A stretch of DNA of 64,000 nt from Acidobacteriota bacterium. Lineage in GTDB: Bacteria; Acidobacteriota; UBA6911; RPQK01; JAJDTT01. Below, piece after piece: positions 1 through 9,609 of this stretch (its first letter is position 1; every line of letters begins with the position of its first letter). A program made the position numbers and the translations under genes. The notes under the pieces were generated by a model. It saw only the letters and a program-made list of their open reading frames with translations, ran no database searches and was not told where the DNA came from. Where the stretch lies: NCBI GenBank assembly GCA_965217775.1, contig CBDCJH010000002.1:4224001-4288000 (forward strand), written 5' to 3'.

Positions 1-766
1 ACCAGGTGACGAAGTCGGGACTCGTCGATCGCCCCACCGAATTGGGCGACCCCGGCATCCGGACGTAGCAGACGAAGCTCTCGATCCGGGGGTCCCAGCC
101 CAGCAGGTTGGCACTGTGCGCTCGCCGGAACCAGGGCTTGCCGTCGGCGTTGAGCTTCCAGTGGACGCCGTCGGCCGAGTGACCCTTGGTGATGGCGGAC
201 TTGCCGTCGAAGACGTCCACATAGGTCATCTTGAAGCGCCGACCGGGGTCCGGATCGCGCGGGTCCCGGATGACGTTGGCCCGGCGCATCCAGCGAGTGC
301 CCCAGGGAATGATGTTGTTGCTGCGCGAGCCCTGCCATTCCACCAGACCCAACTCGGGCTTGGTCCAGTGGACCCCGTCCTTGGAGACGGCATACCCGAC
401 CTTGTACCGGATCCCGCGATGGGCCGCAGCGTCCACCAGGGACGACATGTACCAGATCTTGAATTCGCCGCTCTCCGGATCGAACAGAACCGGACGGCCA
501 TTGGGATAGGTCGTCCAGCGTTCCCAGGGAGTGTCTCCAACGATGACGGGGTTCGCCGGATGCCGTTGGAGTCGATGCAGTCTCCGCTTCAGATTCCGGG
601 TGGAAGCGACGACGCCATCGTCCAGGAGCAACTGGCGGGCGGTGCCGATCTCCAGGATCGGCGCCGTCTGCTTCCGAGCCTCACAGGCCCCTGCCGCCAA
701 CAAGGCTCCCAGAACCGCAAGTCGCAGACTTCGAAGGCGCCACCGGACAATTATCTGATAGGCCAT
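1..766 (-). CDS. Exported beta-propeller glycosidase-like protein, paralog 1 of the expanded family (C-terminus runs off the window start)
   Basis: Not in the ORF track. Hand translation from ATG 766 is open to the edge: MAYQIIVRWRLRSLRLAVLGALLAAGAC...LEIGTARQLLLDD...HPANPV...PWE...FKIWY...YAVSKDGVHWTKPELGLVEWQGSRSNN...STSPDFVTW. Same motifs as the 834..2348 protein; possible lipobox AGAC. Confidence 0.85.
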   Translation of the reverse strand, partial: MAYQIIVRWRLRSLRLAVLGALLAAGACEARKQTAPILEIGTARQLLLDDGVVASTRNLKRRLHRLQRHPANPVIVGDTPWERWTTYPNGRPVLFDPESGEFKIWYMSSLVDAAAHRGIRYKVGYAVSKDGVHWTKPELGLVEWQGSRSNNIIPWGTRWMRRANVIRDPRDPDPGRRFKMTYVDVFDGKSAITKGHSADGVHWKLNADGKPWFRRAHSANLLGWDPRIESFVCYVRMPGSPNSVGRSTSPDFVTW

Positions 767-833
767 GGATCCACTGGGCTCGACGGACCGAATTCCTGAT
801 TGCGCTTCGGCCGATGTCGGGTTCCAGGCCGAA

Positions 834-2348
834 TCACTGGAATCGAAATGAGTAGAGATCCGCATCCCGCAACACGAATCGGAGGCGAACCGGCTTCCCG
901 GCGAGGGTGCTGAGATCGGTTCCCGACTTCCAACTGACTCGACGCTCCAGCTCGTCGCCGAAGATCTCGCTGGACTGATCGATCGCATATCCCGGCAGGA
1001 CGGCGCCCGAGGCATCCTGAATCTCCACCCTTACCGAGCCCACGGCCGAGGTGGAGTAGTTGAGGTAGAGGGAGCTCCCGGCGAACGTCAGCGGCGGCGT
1101 CGCGAACTCACCGCCTCTGCCGGACGCGTGTACCGAGACGAAGCCGTCGGGCCGGATGGTGCAGCGCCGGAGCCGGCAGCTCTGCTGGTGGTAGTTTTCC
1201 GTGTAGTACATCGAAAGTTCGTCGGGAGCCGTCCGGAGGATGCCCTGTCCCATGATGGTGGCCCGATCCACCCAGTTTCCGGGATCGAGGCCGGGGCGGA
1301 TGAAGGCCTCCAAAAAGATTCGATCCCAGCGGACGCCGTCACGGCTGGAGAGGAAGACGATGTCCGCAACGCCTTTGCTGTAGGTCCAATCGGGGTGGAA
1401 AGTGCGCCCGGGAACAAAGCGCATGGGAAACATCAGATAGACACCCTTGGCTCGACGATAGGGGACGGCTGCGTTGGTATACAGATGGTCGAGAGGCTCC
1501 GCGGGAAGGTCCACCAGCTTCAGCGGACTCCAGACCAGAAAATCGTCGGACGTCGCATAGCGGAACCGGCGCACGATCGCGTCCCGCTCATGCTTTTCCC
1601 GGTCGAACTCGACCTTCAGGTCCTTGTGCACGAAGCCCCGGCCGTAGAATCGATAGCGTAGGGTCCATGGATCCTGGAAGACGATATTGTGGGAGTCGAA
1701 GGGCCCTCCCGTGAGAATGGGCTCTTCTTGAACCAGGCGCCAGCGCAGTCCGTCGGCAGAGACCAGTCCCCATGCGCTCCTGCCCCGGGTGACCGCCTTG
1801 TAGCGCTGGTCGCCGGGCACGCCGGGGCGTTCGTCCTTGAAGACCGACATGTTGCCGCCAGGCCCGTCCCACACCAGATTGTTTTGCCTGGAACCCTGGA
1901 AGTCGATCAGTCCCAGGGCGGGGCGTTCCCACAGGACTCCGTCGCGGCTCTCTGCGTAGCCGGTATGGCCCCATCCCGGCTTCACCCCGACGCCGGATTG
2001 GGCCTGGTACCACATCCGGTAGCGGTCGCCGTCCTGCAGGACGCTCGACGCCCATGAGTTACCGCCCTCCCAGGGCCGGTCGAAGTCGAGCACCTCTTCT
2101 CGGAGCCGGGGTGGGTGGAGCTTCAACTCGAGCTGACTCATCTCCGAGATCAAGGTCTTGTCGATGAACAGTTGCCGTTCCGAGCCCACTGCGGTCTGGG
2201 CCCTGGACATCCCCGACAGCACCAGAGAGGCGATCGTGAGGGCGTATACGAAGCGATGACCGAGCCGGCGAGGGGAACTTGCGTTGCCGCGGCGACTCGA
2301 GGGTTCATGCGGCCGGTTCCGCCGCCTGTTCCCATGGCGAATGCTCAT
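834..2348 (-). CDS. Exported beta-propeller glycosidase-like protein (GH32/43/130-like fold inferred), paralog 2
   Basis: 504 aa; GGAGG RBS before ATG 2348; signal peptide; motifs QLFID, PWEG, YAESRDGVLW, FDSHN, SRDGVRW, RPDGFVS, DADLYSFRF. Confidence 0.85.
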   Translation of the reverse strand: MSIRHGNRRRNRPHEPSSRRGNASSPRRLGHRFVYALTIASLVLSGMSRAQTAVGSERQLFIDKTLISEMSQLELKLHPPRLREEVLDFDRPWEGGNSWASSVLQDGDRYRMWYQAQSGVGVKPGWGHTGYAESRDGVLWERPALGLIDFQGSRQNNLVWDGPGGNMSVFKDERPGVPGDQRYKAVTRGRSAWGLVSADGLRWRLVQEEPILTGGPFDSHNIVFQDPWTLRYRFYGRGFVHKDLKVEFDREKHERDAIVRRFRYATSDDFLVWSPLKLVDLPAEPLDHLYTNAAVPYRRAKGVYLMFPMRFVPGRTFHPDWTYSKGVADIVFLSSRDGVRWDRIFLEAFIRPGLDPGNWVDRATIMGQGILRTAPDELSMYYTENYHQQSCRLRRCTIRPDGFVSVHASGRGGEFATPPLTFAGSSLYLNYSTSAVGSVRVEIQDASGAVLPGYAIDQSSEIFGDELERRVSWKSGTDLSTLAGKPVRLRFVLRDADLYSFRFQ

Positions 2349-2391
2349 GTCCGGATTCCTCCAAGGTTTAGCGAACGGTCCGGCGCCGAGT

Positions 2392-4062
2392 TCAGCCGGA
2401 GACGATCTTGAAATCCGCCGGTTCGATCAACGACTGACCCGAGATCTCATCCACCACCCGAAGCACGATCCGGTAGGAGCCGGGAGGGAGTTCCTTGAGC
2501 TCCACGTCCTGAAGCAGCACGACGCGGTCCGCCAACTCGATCATCCTGGGCTCATCCGCCCGAATCCGCTCCTTGCCTCGGAAGAGGAGAAGCTGTGCCC
2601 GGACCAGGGGCGCCATGAGTGATTGATCGACCTTCAGTTCATAGATCTCGGTGTACAGATGCAGGGTGGCCCCGGCGCGGAACCGCCGGTTGATGTTGGG
2701 GTAGACCTTGAGGCCACTCGGTGTATTGAAGGGAGACGAGAGTGCGTCGTCTCGGCCGGAGGAGGCCAGACCATCGGCCAGGATGAGGCTGCTGGAGGCC
2801 AGATTCCCCATCTCCGGCTCGACCACGTGGATCGAGGTGGCCGCCTTCGAGACCCGCTCGCTCCGCTGGTCCTTGGCCACCAAGGTGAACTTGTAGCGGC
2901 CCGGCCGGATTGGGATTTGTTTCTGGTAGAGGAAATGGGTGTCCGTGGTGAGGATCTCCTCCACGCCCTTTTCTCCCGCCAGCACGTCCTCGAATTCGTA
3001 CACCGCCTCTCCCACCAGATTCTCGACCCTTCCGTAGATCTCCACCATTGCCCGCTGGCCCGACTCGCCGAAATCCTCGTAGGAGAGTTCAGTGGCCGGG
3101 ATCTGGACGGTCAGGGGCACCAGGAAGGCGTTTTGGCCGACCCGGTAGGCGGCGGAGGTCAGCTTCAGCGGCATGGGGTTGTAGTGAACCAGGGTCTCGA
3201 CCTCGGTCTCCACCCTCTCGAACCTGAACTCGGGGGGCTTGCGAAGATCGAAGTATTGACGCACGCGGTCGAAGGGCTGAGCACCTCTCATGTAGAGCGG
3301 CTCGCCCTGTAATCCCAGATGGCGCATGGCGAGATCGGAGAGCATGGTCCCGCCCCGGGTGGCCAGACCCATCTGCTCCCAGTTGGTCGGCCCTCCGGTG
3401 CTGACCCAGAGGGCGTCCTTCTCCGAAGGTCTCAGAGCGAGCTTGTATTCTCCAGTCTTGCTGGCGTCAACGAATTCGATCTCGATCCCCGAGCCGATGC
3501 CCGGAATGTAGTTGTAGAACCAGCGCTGAAAGGCGTAGGTGCTGGTCCAGCCGCCACCCTCCTCGGGCCGGCGCCGGTACACGCCGCCATTGTGATCGTC
3601 GATGGTGTTGGGAGGACCGAAAGCGATGTAGATGCGCCCGCGGTCGGTATACCAGCCCTCGACACCGGAGGCGAAGCGCTCGTTCACGTAGGCGATCCGC
3701 CGGTAGTGTTCTTCCTTGAATTCGTTGTAGGCCGTCCTGGGATCCGGGTCGCGCCGGCGCCAGAACTGCTCGATGAAGGCATCGCGCTCGTCGTCCGTGG
3801 TGAGCTTCTCGAAGACCTCCCGTTCTTCACGGGCGATGATGTAGACGACGTCCTCGGCCAACCATTTCTTGTAGTAGTCCTGTTGTTCCTCGAGCCTCAT
3901 CCGTCGCTGTCGGTCGTCATCGTCCTGTGAGGCGACCACCGAGCAGAAGAGGCTACCCAGCAGCAGGGACCGGATCAGCCCTGTGGACCACTGGATCAGG
4001 ATGGGAAACACTACCGTCGAGTATAGCACAGGGGCTTTCGGGCGCGGCTGTTCCGCTCCCAT
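2392..4062 (-). CDS. GWxTD domain-containing protein (start uncertain)
   Basis: YKKWLAEDVVYII, FIEQFWRRRDPDP, EEHYRRIAY, GWYTDRGRIYIAFGPP match the GWxTD family typical of Acidobacteria; hydrophobic signal segment near the N-terminus. Confidence 0.9.
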   Translation of the reverse strand: MGAEQPRPKAPVLYSTVVFPILIQWSTGLIRSLLLGSLFCSVVASQDDDDRQRRMRLEEQQDYYKKWLAEDVVYIIAREEREVFEKLTTDDERDAFIEQFWRRRDPDPRTAYNEFKEEHYRRIAYVNERFASGVEGWYTDRGRIYIAFGPPNTIDDHNGGVYRRRPEEGGGWTSTYAFQRWFYNYIPGIGSGIEIEFVDASKTGEYKLALRPSEKDALWVSTGGPTNWEQMGLATRGGTMLSDLAMRHLGLQGEPLYMRGAQPFDRVRQYFDLRKPPEFRFERVETEVETLVHYNPMPLKLTSAAYRVGQNAFLVPLTVQIPATELSYEDFGESGQRAMVEIYGRVENLVGEAVYEFEDVLAGEKGVEEILTTDTHFLYQKQIPIRPGRYKFTLVAKDQRSERVSKAATSIHVVEPEMGNLASSSLILADGLASSGRDDALSSPFNTPSGLKVYPNINRRFRAGATLHLYTEIYELKVDQSLMAPLVRAQLLLFRGKERIRADEPRMIELADRVVLLQDVELKELPPGSYRIVLRVVDEISGQSLIEPADFKIVSG

Positions 4063-4098
4063 CGCACTCGCTTACTCCGAAGGCAAGGGGACTCTTCG

Positions 4099-4338
4099 TC
4101 AGTGTACCTGGCGACCGACGAAGGGATTGACGATCTGGACGCCCGCCTGGAACCATGGTTCGAGCCTCCGGCGTCTCCTCCCTTGCGGAAGCAGGAGAAT
4201 GCCGAATCCGACCTCACCAAGGACTATGGGATCGATCACGATGTCCCGTTCGTTTCGCTTGAGCCATTCGACGACACGAGCGTGGGGGCTTCTCTTTGTC
4301 GAATCAACCAGGGCATTGGCGTTGACGAGATACTTCAC
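4099..4338 (-). pseudogene. vapC: VapC/PIN toxin remnant with internal in-frame deletion
   Basis: GTG 4338 overlaps the antitoxin stop (GTGA). 79 aa: KYLVNAN...VVEWL...IVLGEVGFGILLLPQGRRRRRLEPWF runs directly into the PIN C-terminal AGVQIVNPF; the central DxLIAATA/TRN part is absent. Confidence 0.75.
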
Positions 4339-4565
4339 AGAGCGTCCGTCAATTCGGATTCGAAGGGAGTGAAGAACCCGTTCTCGGGGCAACTGAGCAA
4401 CCAATCGACCAGACCCTCGTTCGGCGGTTTCGTCCGCCGAACGAACCGATAGTCACCTCGGTCGAGACGTTGGACGTCGAACTCCTGACCAGGCTCGATC
4501 TGGTCCTGTTTCCGGAACTCGGCCGGTAATACGAATTGCCCCTTGGAAGAAATAGTGGTCTTCAT
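4335..4565 (-). CDS. AbrB/MazE/SpoVT-family antitoxin (VapB-like)
   Basis: 76 aa, MKTTISSKGQFVLPAEFR swapped-hairpin signature; translationally coupled to the PIN remnant. Confidence 0.85.
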   Translation of the reverse strand: MKTTISSKGQFVLPAEFRKQDQIEPGQEFDVQRLDRGDYRFVRRTKPPNEGLVDWLLSCPENGFFTPFESELTDAL

Positions 4566-4648
4566 TGCAGCTCAGATATCAACTTACCCTGCAAGACGTC
4601 AAGCCCGGGAGTCCTGCGCTCCTTGATCAGGATCGGAACCACCCGGAC

Positions 4649-4815
4649 CTAGGAGCCTGCGCCGCAGAAATTGATCTACTGCGAAAGCGGTAGAATCGGT
4701 CCATATTTCCTCGATTTCTCGGCGAATAGAACAACTATGCACCTCCAAATCGAGAAAATCTGGCCTCGATTCCCCACTTCCTCGCTACGATCGTTTCTAC
4801 CGCGCAGACTCCTAG
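4649..4815. mobile_element. MITE-like element, family A (~167 bp)
   Basis: Terminal inverted repeats CTAGGAGCCTGCGCCGCAGAAA (4649-4670) and TTTCTACCGCGCAGACTCCTAG (4794-4815), 19/22 complementary; partly palindromic interior; intergenic, non-coding. Confidence 0.75.
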
Positions 4816-4822
4816 CCAACGG

Positions 4823-5293
4823 TTACTGGTGCCAGTACTGCAGTTCGACGATATTGCCCTCCGGATCGGTCATGTAGATCAGGGTGAGGCGGCCCTCCCC
4901 TGAGATGTCCAGGGTGGTGATGCTCCCCAGATCCTCGCCTCCCCATTCCTGGACCTGAAGGCGCTTCTCTTCCAGGTCGTCCACCTGGAACGCGATGTGG
5001 GCGAAGCCGGGCCGGTTGAGAGCGGGGACCGGCCGTCGGGCGTTCTCGTCGAATTGAAACACTTCGAGGGTGGGGCCGCCCTCAGCATATCCTGGCAGCT
5101 TCAGATGGACGCCCTCCATGTGGACTCCCTTCAGTCCCGTGAGGGCATCGATGTGGGCGCCCCTCCGGTCTCGTTCCGTTCCCACCGGACGGCAGTCGAA
5201 GACCTCCACGTAGAATTTTACTATCCCTCGCCAATCGTCGGCGACCAGGTTGGTGTGAGCGTACCGGATACCCCGGCGTCGTCTACCAGGCAT
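4823..5293 (-). CDS. VOC/glyoxalase family protein
   Basis: YAHTNLVA...FY..VF, GPTLEVF, GFAHIAFQVDDL, YMTDPEGNIVELQ; GGAGGAG upstream of ATG 5293. Confidence 0.88.
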   Translation of the reverse strand: MPGRRRRGIRYAHTNLVADDWRGIVKFYVEVFDCRPVGTERDRRGAHIDALTGLKGVHMEGVHLKLPGYAEGGPTLEVFQFDENARRPVPALNRPGFAHIAFQVDDLEEKRLQVQEWGGEDLGSITTLDISGEGRLTLIYMTDPEGNIVELQYWHQ

Positions 5294-5484
5294 GTTCTCG
5301 CATCTCCTCCGCACAGAATGAAATCAGACTCGACCTCCCACCCAAGCCAGGGTCTGGTTATTATCTCAGAGACCGTAACCAGCAGATCATCCCTCCAGGA
5401 TAGACTCCAAGACGCTGTCAAACCGATGCGAATGCTACCGATACGATCGTCTTCCAGGCCGACGCCGGACGGGGGAACCGTCCC

Positions 5485-7104
5485 GTGAGACTCCATCTTG
5501 TCGATCACCTGATCCTGGTCGCCTACCTCATCGGCATGATGCTGCTGGGCTGGCGGCTGTCCAAGCGGCAGCATACCGACGAAGAGTATTTCCTGGGCGG
5601 GCGCCGAATGCCGTGGTTTGCCGTCGGGGTGAGCCTGATCGCCACTCTCCTCTCCAGCGTCGCCTATCTAGGGACCCCGGGGGTGGTCTGGCGCTTCGGC
5701 TTCGCCATCTTCCTGAACACGCTGGTGGGCATTGCCATCACCGTCGTGCTGATTCTGTTCGTCACCATCCCCTTCTTCGTCCGCTTCCGCTTCACCACCG
5801 CCTATGAGTACCTGGAACATCGGTTCAGCCTCTCGGTGAGACTTCTCGGAGCCACCATGTTCCTCCTCTTCATGACCATTTACATGGGCGTGATCGTGCT
5901 CCTCTCCGCCCGGGCGCTGGCCGTCGCCACCGAGCTGCCGCTGGTGCTCATAATCGTCAGCGTCGGGACCGTGGCCACCCTCTACACCATGATGGGCGGG
6001 ATCCGGGCCGTGATCTGGACCGACGTGATCCAGGTGGCCCTGCTGGTGGGGGGCGGCCTGTTCGCCATTGGGTACGTGGCCGTATCCACGGGGTCGGGGC
6101 CACTGGACTGGATCCAAGCGGTGAACCTCCGGGACAACGAAAGCATGCCTCTGGCGTCATTGGACCCCACCATTCCGGCCACCGTAGTCACCCTTATCCT
6201 GGGAGGCTGCCTCTGGACTCTGATGGCTCACACCGCCAACCAGACCATCATGCAGCGCTACTTTTCGACGGTGGACATGAGGGCGGCCAAGCGAAGCTAC
6301 GTCACCAGCGCCGCCGTCGACGTCCTGCTGCTGGTGCTGCTCACGGTCATCGGCGCCAGCCTGATCTACTACTTCACGCAGGGTGCCGGAACGCTCCCTC
6401 CGGACCTGGACCCGGCCAGCGGCAAGGACCGCGACGGCATCTTTCCCTACTTCGTCGCCACCCGCATTCCCGCCGGACTCGCAGGCGCCATCTTCGCCGC
6501 CCTTCTGGCCGCCTCCATGTCCACCATCGACTCGGGCGTCAACTCCTTCGCCACCGTGGCCACCGTCGACTTCGGCCGCCTGCGCCGGAGGCAGACGAAA
6601 AACCACGTGGCCCAGGCCCGTGTCATCACGCTGGTCGTAGGAATGGCCGTCACCCTGTTCGCCGTCTTCTTCGACCGGCTGACCGGCACCGCCGACATCC
6701 CTACGATCCTTCCCAAGACCTTCAATTCGCTGGCGGGCGGGATGGGAGGATTGTTCCTGGCCGGCATGCTGATCCCCCGGGCCGGCAGCCGGGCGGTCTG
6801 GCCGGCGGCCCTGGTGGGTGTCGTTTCGGCACTCGCCGTCGCCTACTCGGGAGAACTGCTTCGCTACCTTGGGCCTTCCGCCGTCGACATGCTGGGTGGT
6901 TGGCTGGGGACGGAGTTCGCTCAGCGGCTGGCCTCCCAGGGGATGGGCTTCACCTGGATCATCCCGTCCTCCACCGCGGCCAGCCTGGGGACGGCGTGGT
7001 TGCTGAGCTTCGTCTTTCCCAACCGGGACCCGGAGAGAGTCCGTGGACTCACCTGGTCCACGCGCCGGGAACCGTCCCCCTACACCGGCCAGGGCCGAGC
7101 CTGA
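5485..7104 (+). CDS. Sodium:solute symporter (SLC5/SSS family)
   Basis: 539 aa multi-TM; EYFLGGRRMPW, TAYEYLEHRF, YTMMGGIRAVIWTDVIQ, AASMSTIDSGVNS. Confidence 0.93.
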   Translation: MRLHLVDHLILVAYLIGMMLLGWRLSKRQHTDEEYFLGGRRMPWFAVGVSLIATLLSSVAYLGTPGVVWRFGFAIFLNTLVGIAITVVLILFVTIPFFVRFRFTTAYEYLEHRFSLSVRLLGATMFLLFMTIYMGVIVLLSARALAVATELPLVLIIVSVGTVATLYTMMGGIRAVIWTDVIQVALLVGGGLFAIGYVAVSTGSGPLDWIQAVNLRDNESMPLASLDPTIPATVVTLILGGCLWTLMAHTANQTIMQRYFSTVDMRAAKRSYVTSAAVDVLLLVLLTVIGASLIYYFTQGAGTLPPDLDPASGKDRDGIFPYFVATRIPAGLAGAIFAALLAASMSTIDSGVNSFATVATVDFGRLRRRQTKNHVAQARVITLVVGMAVTLFAVFFDRLTGTADIPTILPKTFNSLAGGMGGLFLAGMLIPRAGSRAVWPAALVGVVSALAVAYSGELLRYLGPSAVDMLGGWLGTEFAQRLASQGMGFTWIIPSSTAASLGTAWLLSFVFPNRDPERVRGLTWSTRREPSPYTGQGRA

Positions 7105-7111
7105 CGCGAAT

Positions 7112-8242
7112 CTACGCCCTCAAGACGCCGGCCACCCGTTGCGCCACGATCTCCGCTTCACCCGGTTCCAGGGTGGCCGGGTTGAGGAGGATGCCGGACG
7201 GCGTCTCCGCCACGATGATGCTGGGGTCTCCTTCCCACAGTTCCGCCATCACTTGTCCCACGCTCTTGGCGACTCGTTGGGAGTCCCACTCGACGAGAGT
7301 GAAGGGCAGGCCGTCGGGATGCACGGCCAATCCCGTGGATGCGGGAGGGGAGTCTCCCTTTGACGCCCGGACACCCGGAACCTGGGAAAGAATTTCGATC
7401 ATGGAATCGGTACGCCGCCGCCAGCGGTCGAACATCTTCCGCTCGAACTCGGGATTGGACCAGAGCTCCACGGCAGTCAGGAGGCCGGCGATTTCCTCCT
7501 TGCCCACCTTCATGGGACGGCCGACGCCGTGGTTGGGACTGCTGTTCACGGCGCAAGCTTCCACCAGATCCTTTCGCCCCAGGATCAGACCGGAGGATTG
7601 GGGTCCCCGCAGTCCCTTGCCACCGCTGAATATGGTGAGGTCGGCTCCCAGCTTCCAGTAGTGGCTCAGGATCGAAAAGGGAGGAAACTCGGAGGCGGCG
7701 TCCACGATCACTGGGACCCCGCGGGCATGCGCCAGCTCGATAACCTGATCGATGGGGAGATCGGTGGGGGGTGAATAGGCGGGAAAGTGGACGACCGCGG
7801 CCGTCTGAGGGGTGAAGGCCGCCTCCAGGTGCCAGGGATAGGTTCGATTGGCCAGACCGACGGGGACGATCCGGGATCCCGTCAGCCGGATCATGAGTTC
7901 GTAGAAGTTGATCTGCATCCGTTGGACGATGACCTCGTCCTTCATCCCGGCCGTGTCGGGCAACTGGTGGACCCGGGCGTTGCTCGATCCCGTCATGCAC
8001 GCGGCTACCGAGACCGCGACTCCCGCGGCCGCTCCGTTGGTGATGTAACAGGCTTCGACTCCTGTCAGTTCGGCGATCCGGTTCCCTGCCTTTTCCAGGA
8101 GTTCCGGGATGCTGACGTGGGACCGGCCGGCCTCCTGCATCGCCACCGTCACCTCCGGGAGCATGATGGACCCGCCGATGGAGGTCCCGTTGGCGGCGGC
8201 GTTGATCCGCTTCTTCACGGCTAATTGTTCGTAGATGCTCAT
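7112..8242 (-). CDS. SelA-like PLP-dependent enzyme (DgaE / D-glucosaminate-6-phosphate ammonia-lyase-like)
   Basis: RINAAANGTSIGGS, PVIVDAASE, FSGGKGLRGPQSSG (PLP Lys), GRPMKVGKEEI. Confidence 0.85.
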   Translation of the reverse strand: MSIYEQLAVKKRINAAANGTSIGGSIMLPEVTVAMQEAGRSHVSIPELLEKAGNRIAELTGVEACYITNGAAAGVAVSVAACMTGSSNARVHQLPDTAGMKDEVIVQRMQINFYELMIRLTGSRIVPVGLANRTYPWHLEAAFTPQTAAVVHFPAYSPPTDLPIDQVIELAHARGVPVIVDAASEFPPFSILSHYWKLGADLTIFSGGKGLRGPQSSGLILGRKDLVEACAVNSSPNHGVGRPMKVGKEEIAGLLTAVELWSNPEFERKMFDRWRRRTDSMIEILSQVPGVRASKGDSPPASTGLAVHPDGLPFTLVEWDSQRVAKSVGQVMAELWEGDPSIIVAETPSGILLNPATLEPGEAEIVAQRVAGVLRA

Positions 8243-8345
8243 AGTTGGACTGCCTTTCTTGTTCGTCGGGTGAGTATAGGGTTCCGTGATTGTTTATTGG
8301 AGACATGCCGCCGCTCCACTCCCGTGTTAACATCGGCAAACCAAG

Positions 8346-9545
8346 ATGAATCGTCGTTACTGGCTTCGCCTTGGAGCCGCCGCGGGCACCATGTTCGGAC
8401 TCGACGCCCTCTTTACCGCCCGGCGCACCAGCGCCGCGGCCGTCGGTCCGAACGACAAGATCAAGGTCACCAAGATCGAGACCTTCGTGCTGACCAACAC
8501 CTGGGTCTTCGTCAAGGTGTCCACCGACGCCGGAATCGTGGGCTGGGGCGAGATGCTCAAGGACGACGCCAAGGCCTGCGCCGCCGGGGCTATGGAGGTG
8601 GGCGACTATCTGGTGGGCCAGGATCCATGCCGGGTCGTGCATCATTGGCAGGCCATCCACCGCGGCGCCTTCTACCGCGGGGGTCCCATCAAGACGGCGA
8701 TCCTGAGCGGGATCGATCAGGCGCTTTGGGACATCAAGGGAAAGGTCTACGGCGTCCCGGTGTACAAACTGCTGGGGGGACCCACTCGGGACCGCGTCCG
8801 CGTTTACGGCGAGGTCAGTGAGGAGACCGGCGTCAACGCTATCAAAGTCGGTCCCAACGCCATGGGACGCCAGGCGACCAAATACATCGAAGGTCAGAGA
8901 TTCGTGGACGCCGTGGTGGAGAACTTCCGGGCGTTGCGCGAAAAGTACGGGGACGGCGTCGACATCGGTGTCGACTTCCACGGCGCCGTTCAGCCGCCGA
9001 CGGCCATGCTCCTGGTCAAGGCGCTGGAACCCTACAATCCCTGGTTCTACGAGGAGGTCGTGCAAGCGCTCAACGTGGACGTGATGGCCGAGATCGCCGC
9101 CAAAACCCACATCCCGCTGGCGACGGGCGAGCGCGTCTTCACCAAGTGGGGATTCCGCGAGATCCTGGAAAAGCGCGCCGCCTACATCCTGCAGCCGGAC
9201 GTCTGCTACGCGGGCGGCATCACCGAGCTCAGGCTCATCGCCGGAATGGCCGAGGCGTACTACTCTCCCCTGGCTCCCCACAATCCCAGCGGCCCCGTGT
9301 CGCTGGCCGCCAGCCTCCAGATTGCGGGTTGCATCCCCAACTTCATGATCCAGGAGCGCGGCGACATGGAGCACGACCTGCTGGCCAAACCGCTGGCGCC
9401 CGTCAAAAACGGGCATCGCCCGCTGCCGACGGATCCCGGTCTTGGCATCACCATCGACGAGGACAAGTTGATGGCGAGGGTCGGCGAACCCCGCGAGTCC
9501 CGGACGATTTACGATAAGGACGACGGATCGATCGTCGACTGGTAG
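8346..9545 (+). CDS. Mandelate racemase/muconate lactonizing family acid-sugar dehydratase (galactonate dehydratase-like) with Tat-like signal
   Basis: FYRGGP, SGIDQALWDIKGK, GVDFHG, WFYEE, ATGER, QPD..YAGGITE, APHNP; N-terminal NRRYWL. Confidence 0.88.
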   Translation: MNRRYWLRLGAAAGTMFGLDALFTARRTSAAAVGPNDKIKVTKIETFVLTNTWVFVKVSTDAGIVGWGEMLKDDAKACAAGAMEVGDYLVGQDPCRVVHHWQAIHRGAFYRGGPIKTAILSGIDQALWDIKGKVYGVPVYKLLGGPTRDRVRVYGEVSEETGVNAIKVGPNAMGRQATKYIEGQRFVDAVVENFRALREKYGDGVDIGVDFHGAVQPPTAMLLVKALEPYNPWFYEEVVQALNVDVMAEIAAKTHIPLATGERVFTKWGFREILEKRAAYILQPDVCYAGGITELRLIAGMAEAYYSPLAPHNPSGPVSLAASLQIAGCIPNFMIQERGDMEHDLLAKPLAPVKNGHRPLPTDPGLGITIDEDKLMARVGEPRESRTIYDKDDGSIVDW

Positions 9546-9609
9546 TCGTCACCTCAGGAGTCGGAAGGGTTCGCGGCGTACCGGGAATCATCAAGACTGG
9601 AATCAAGAC

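Noticed and set aside
116-799. 227-aa plus-strand ORF
   Set aside because: Antisense shadow of the real minus-strand gene 1..766, which the track omitted because it runs off the window.
7112-8242. Selenocysteine synthase selA
   Set aside because: Shorter than true SelA, motifs fit the DgaE-like subfamily, and no selB, selC or selD is nearby.
7158-9416. 752-aa minus-strand ORF and other long antisense or alternate-frame ORFs (12919..14787, 14696..16450, 23072..24721, 27903..29615, 30385..32079, 34307..36301, 49139..51514)
   Set aside because: They shadow well-supported genes and have no recognisable motifs; stop-poor shadow frames are expected in high-GC coding DNA.
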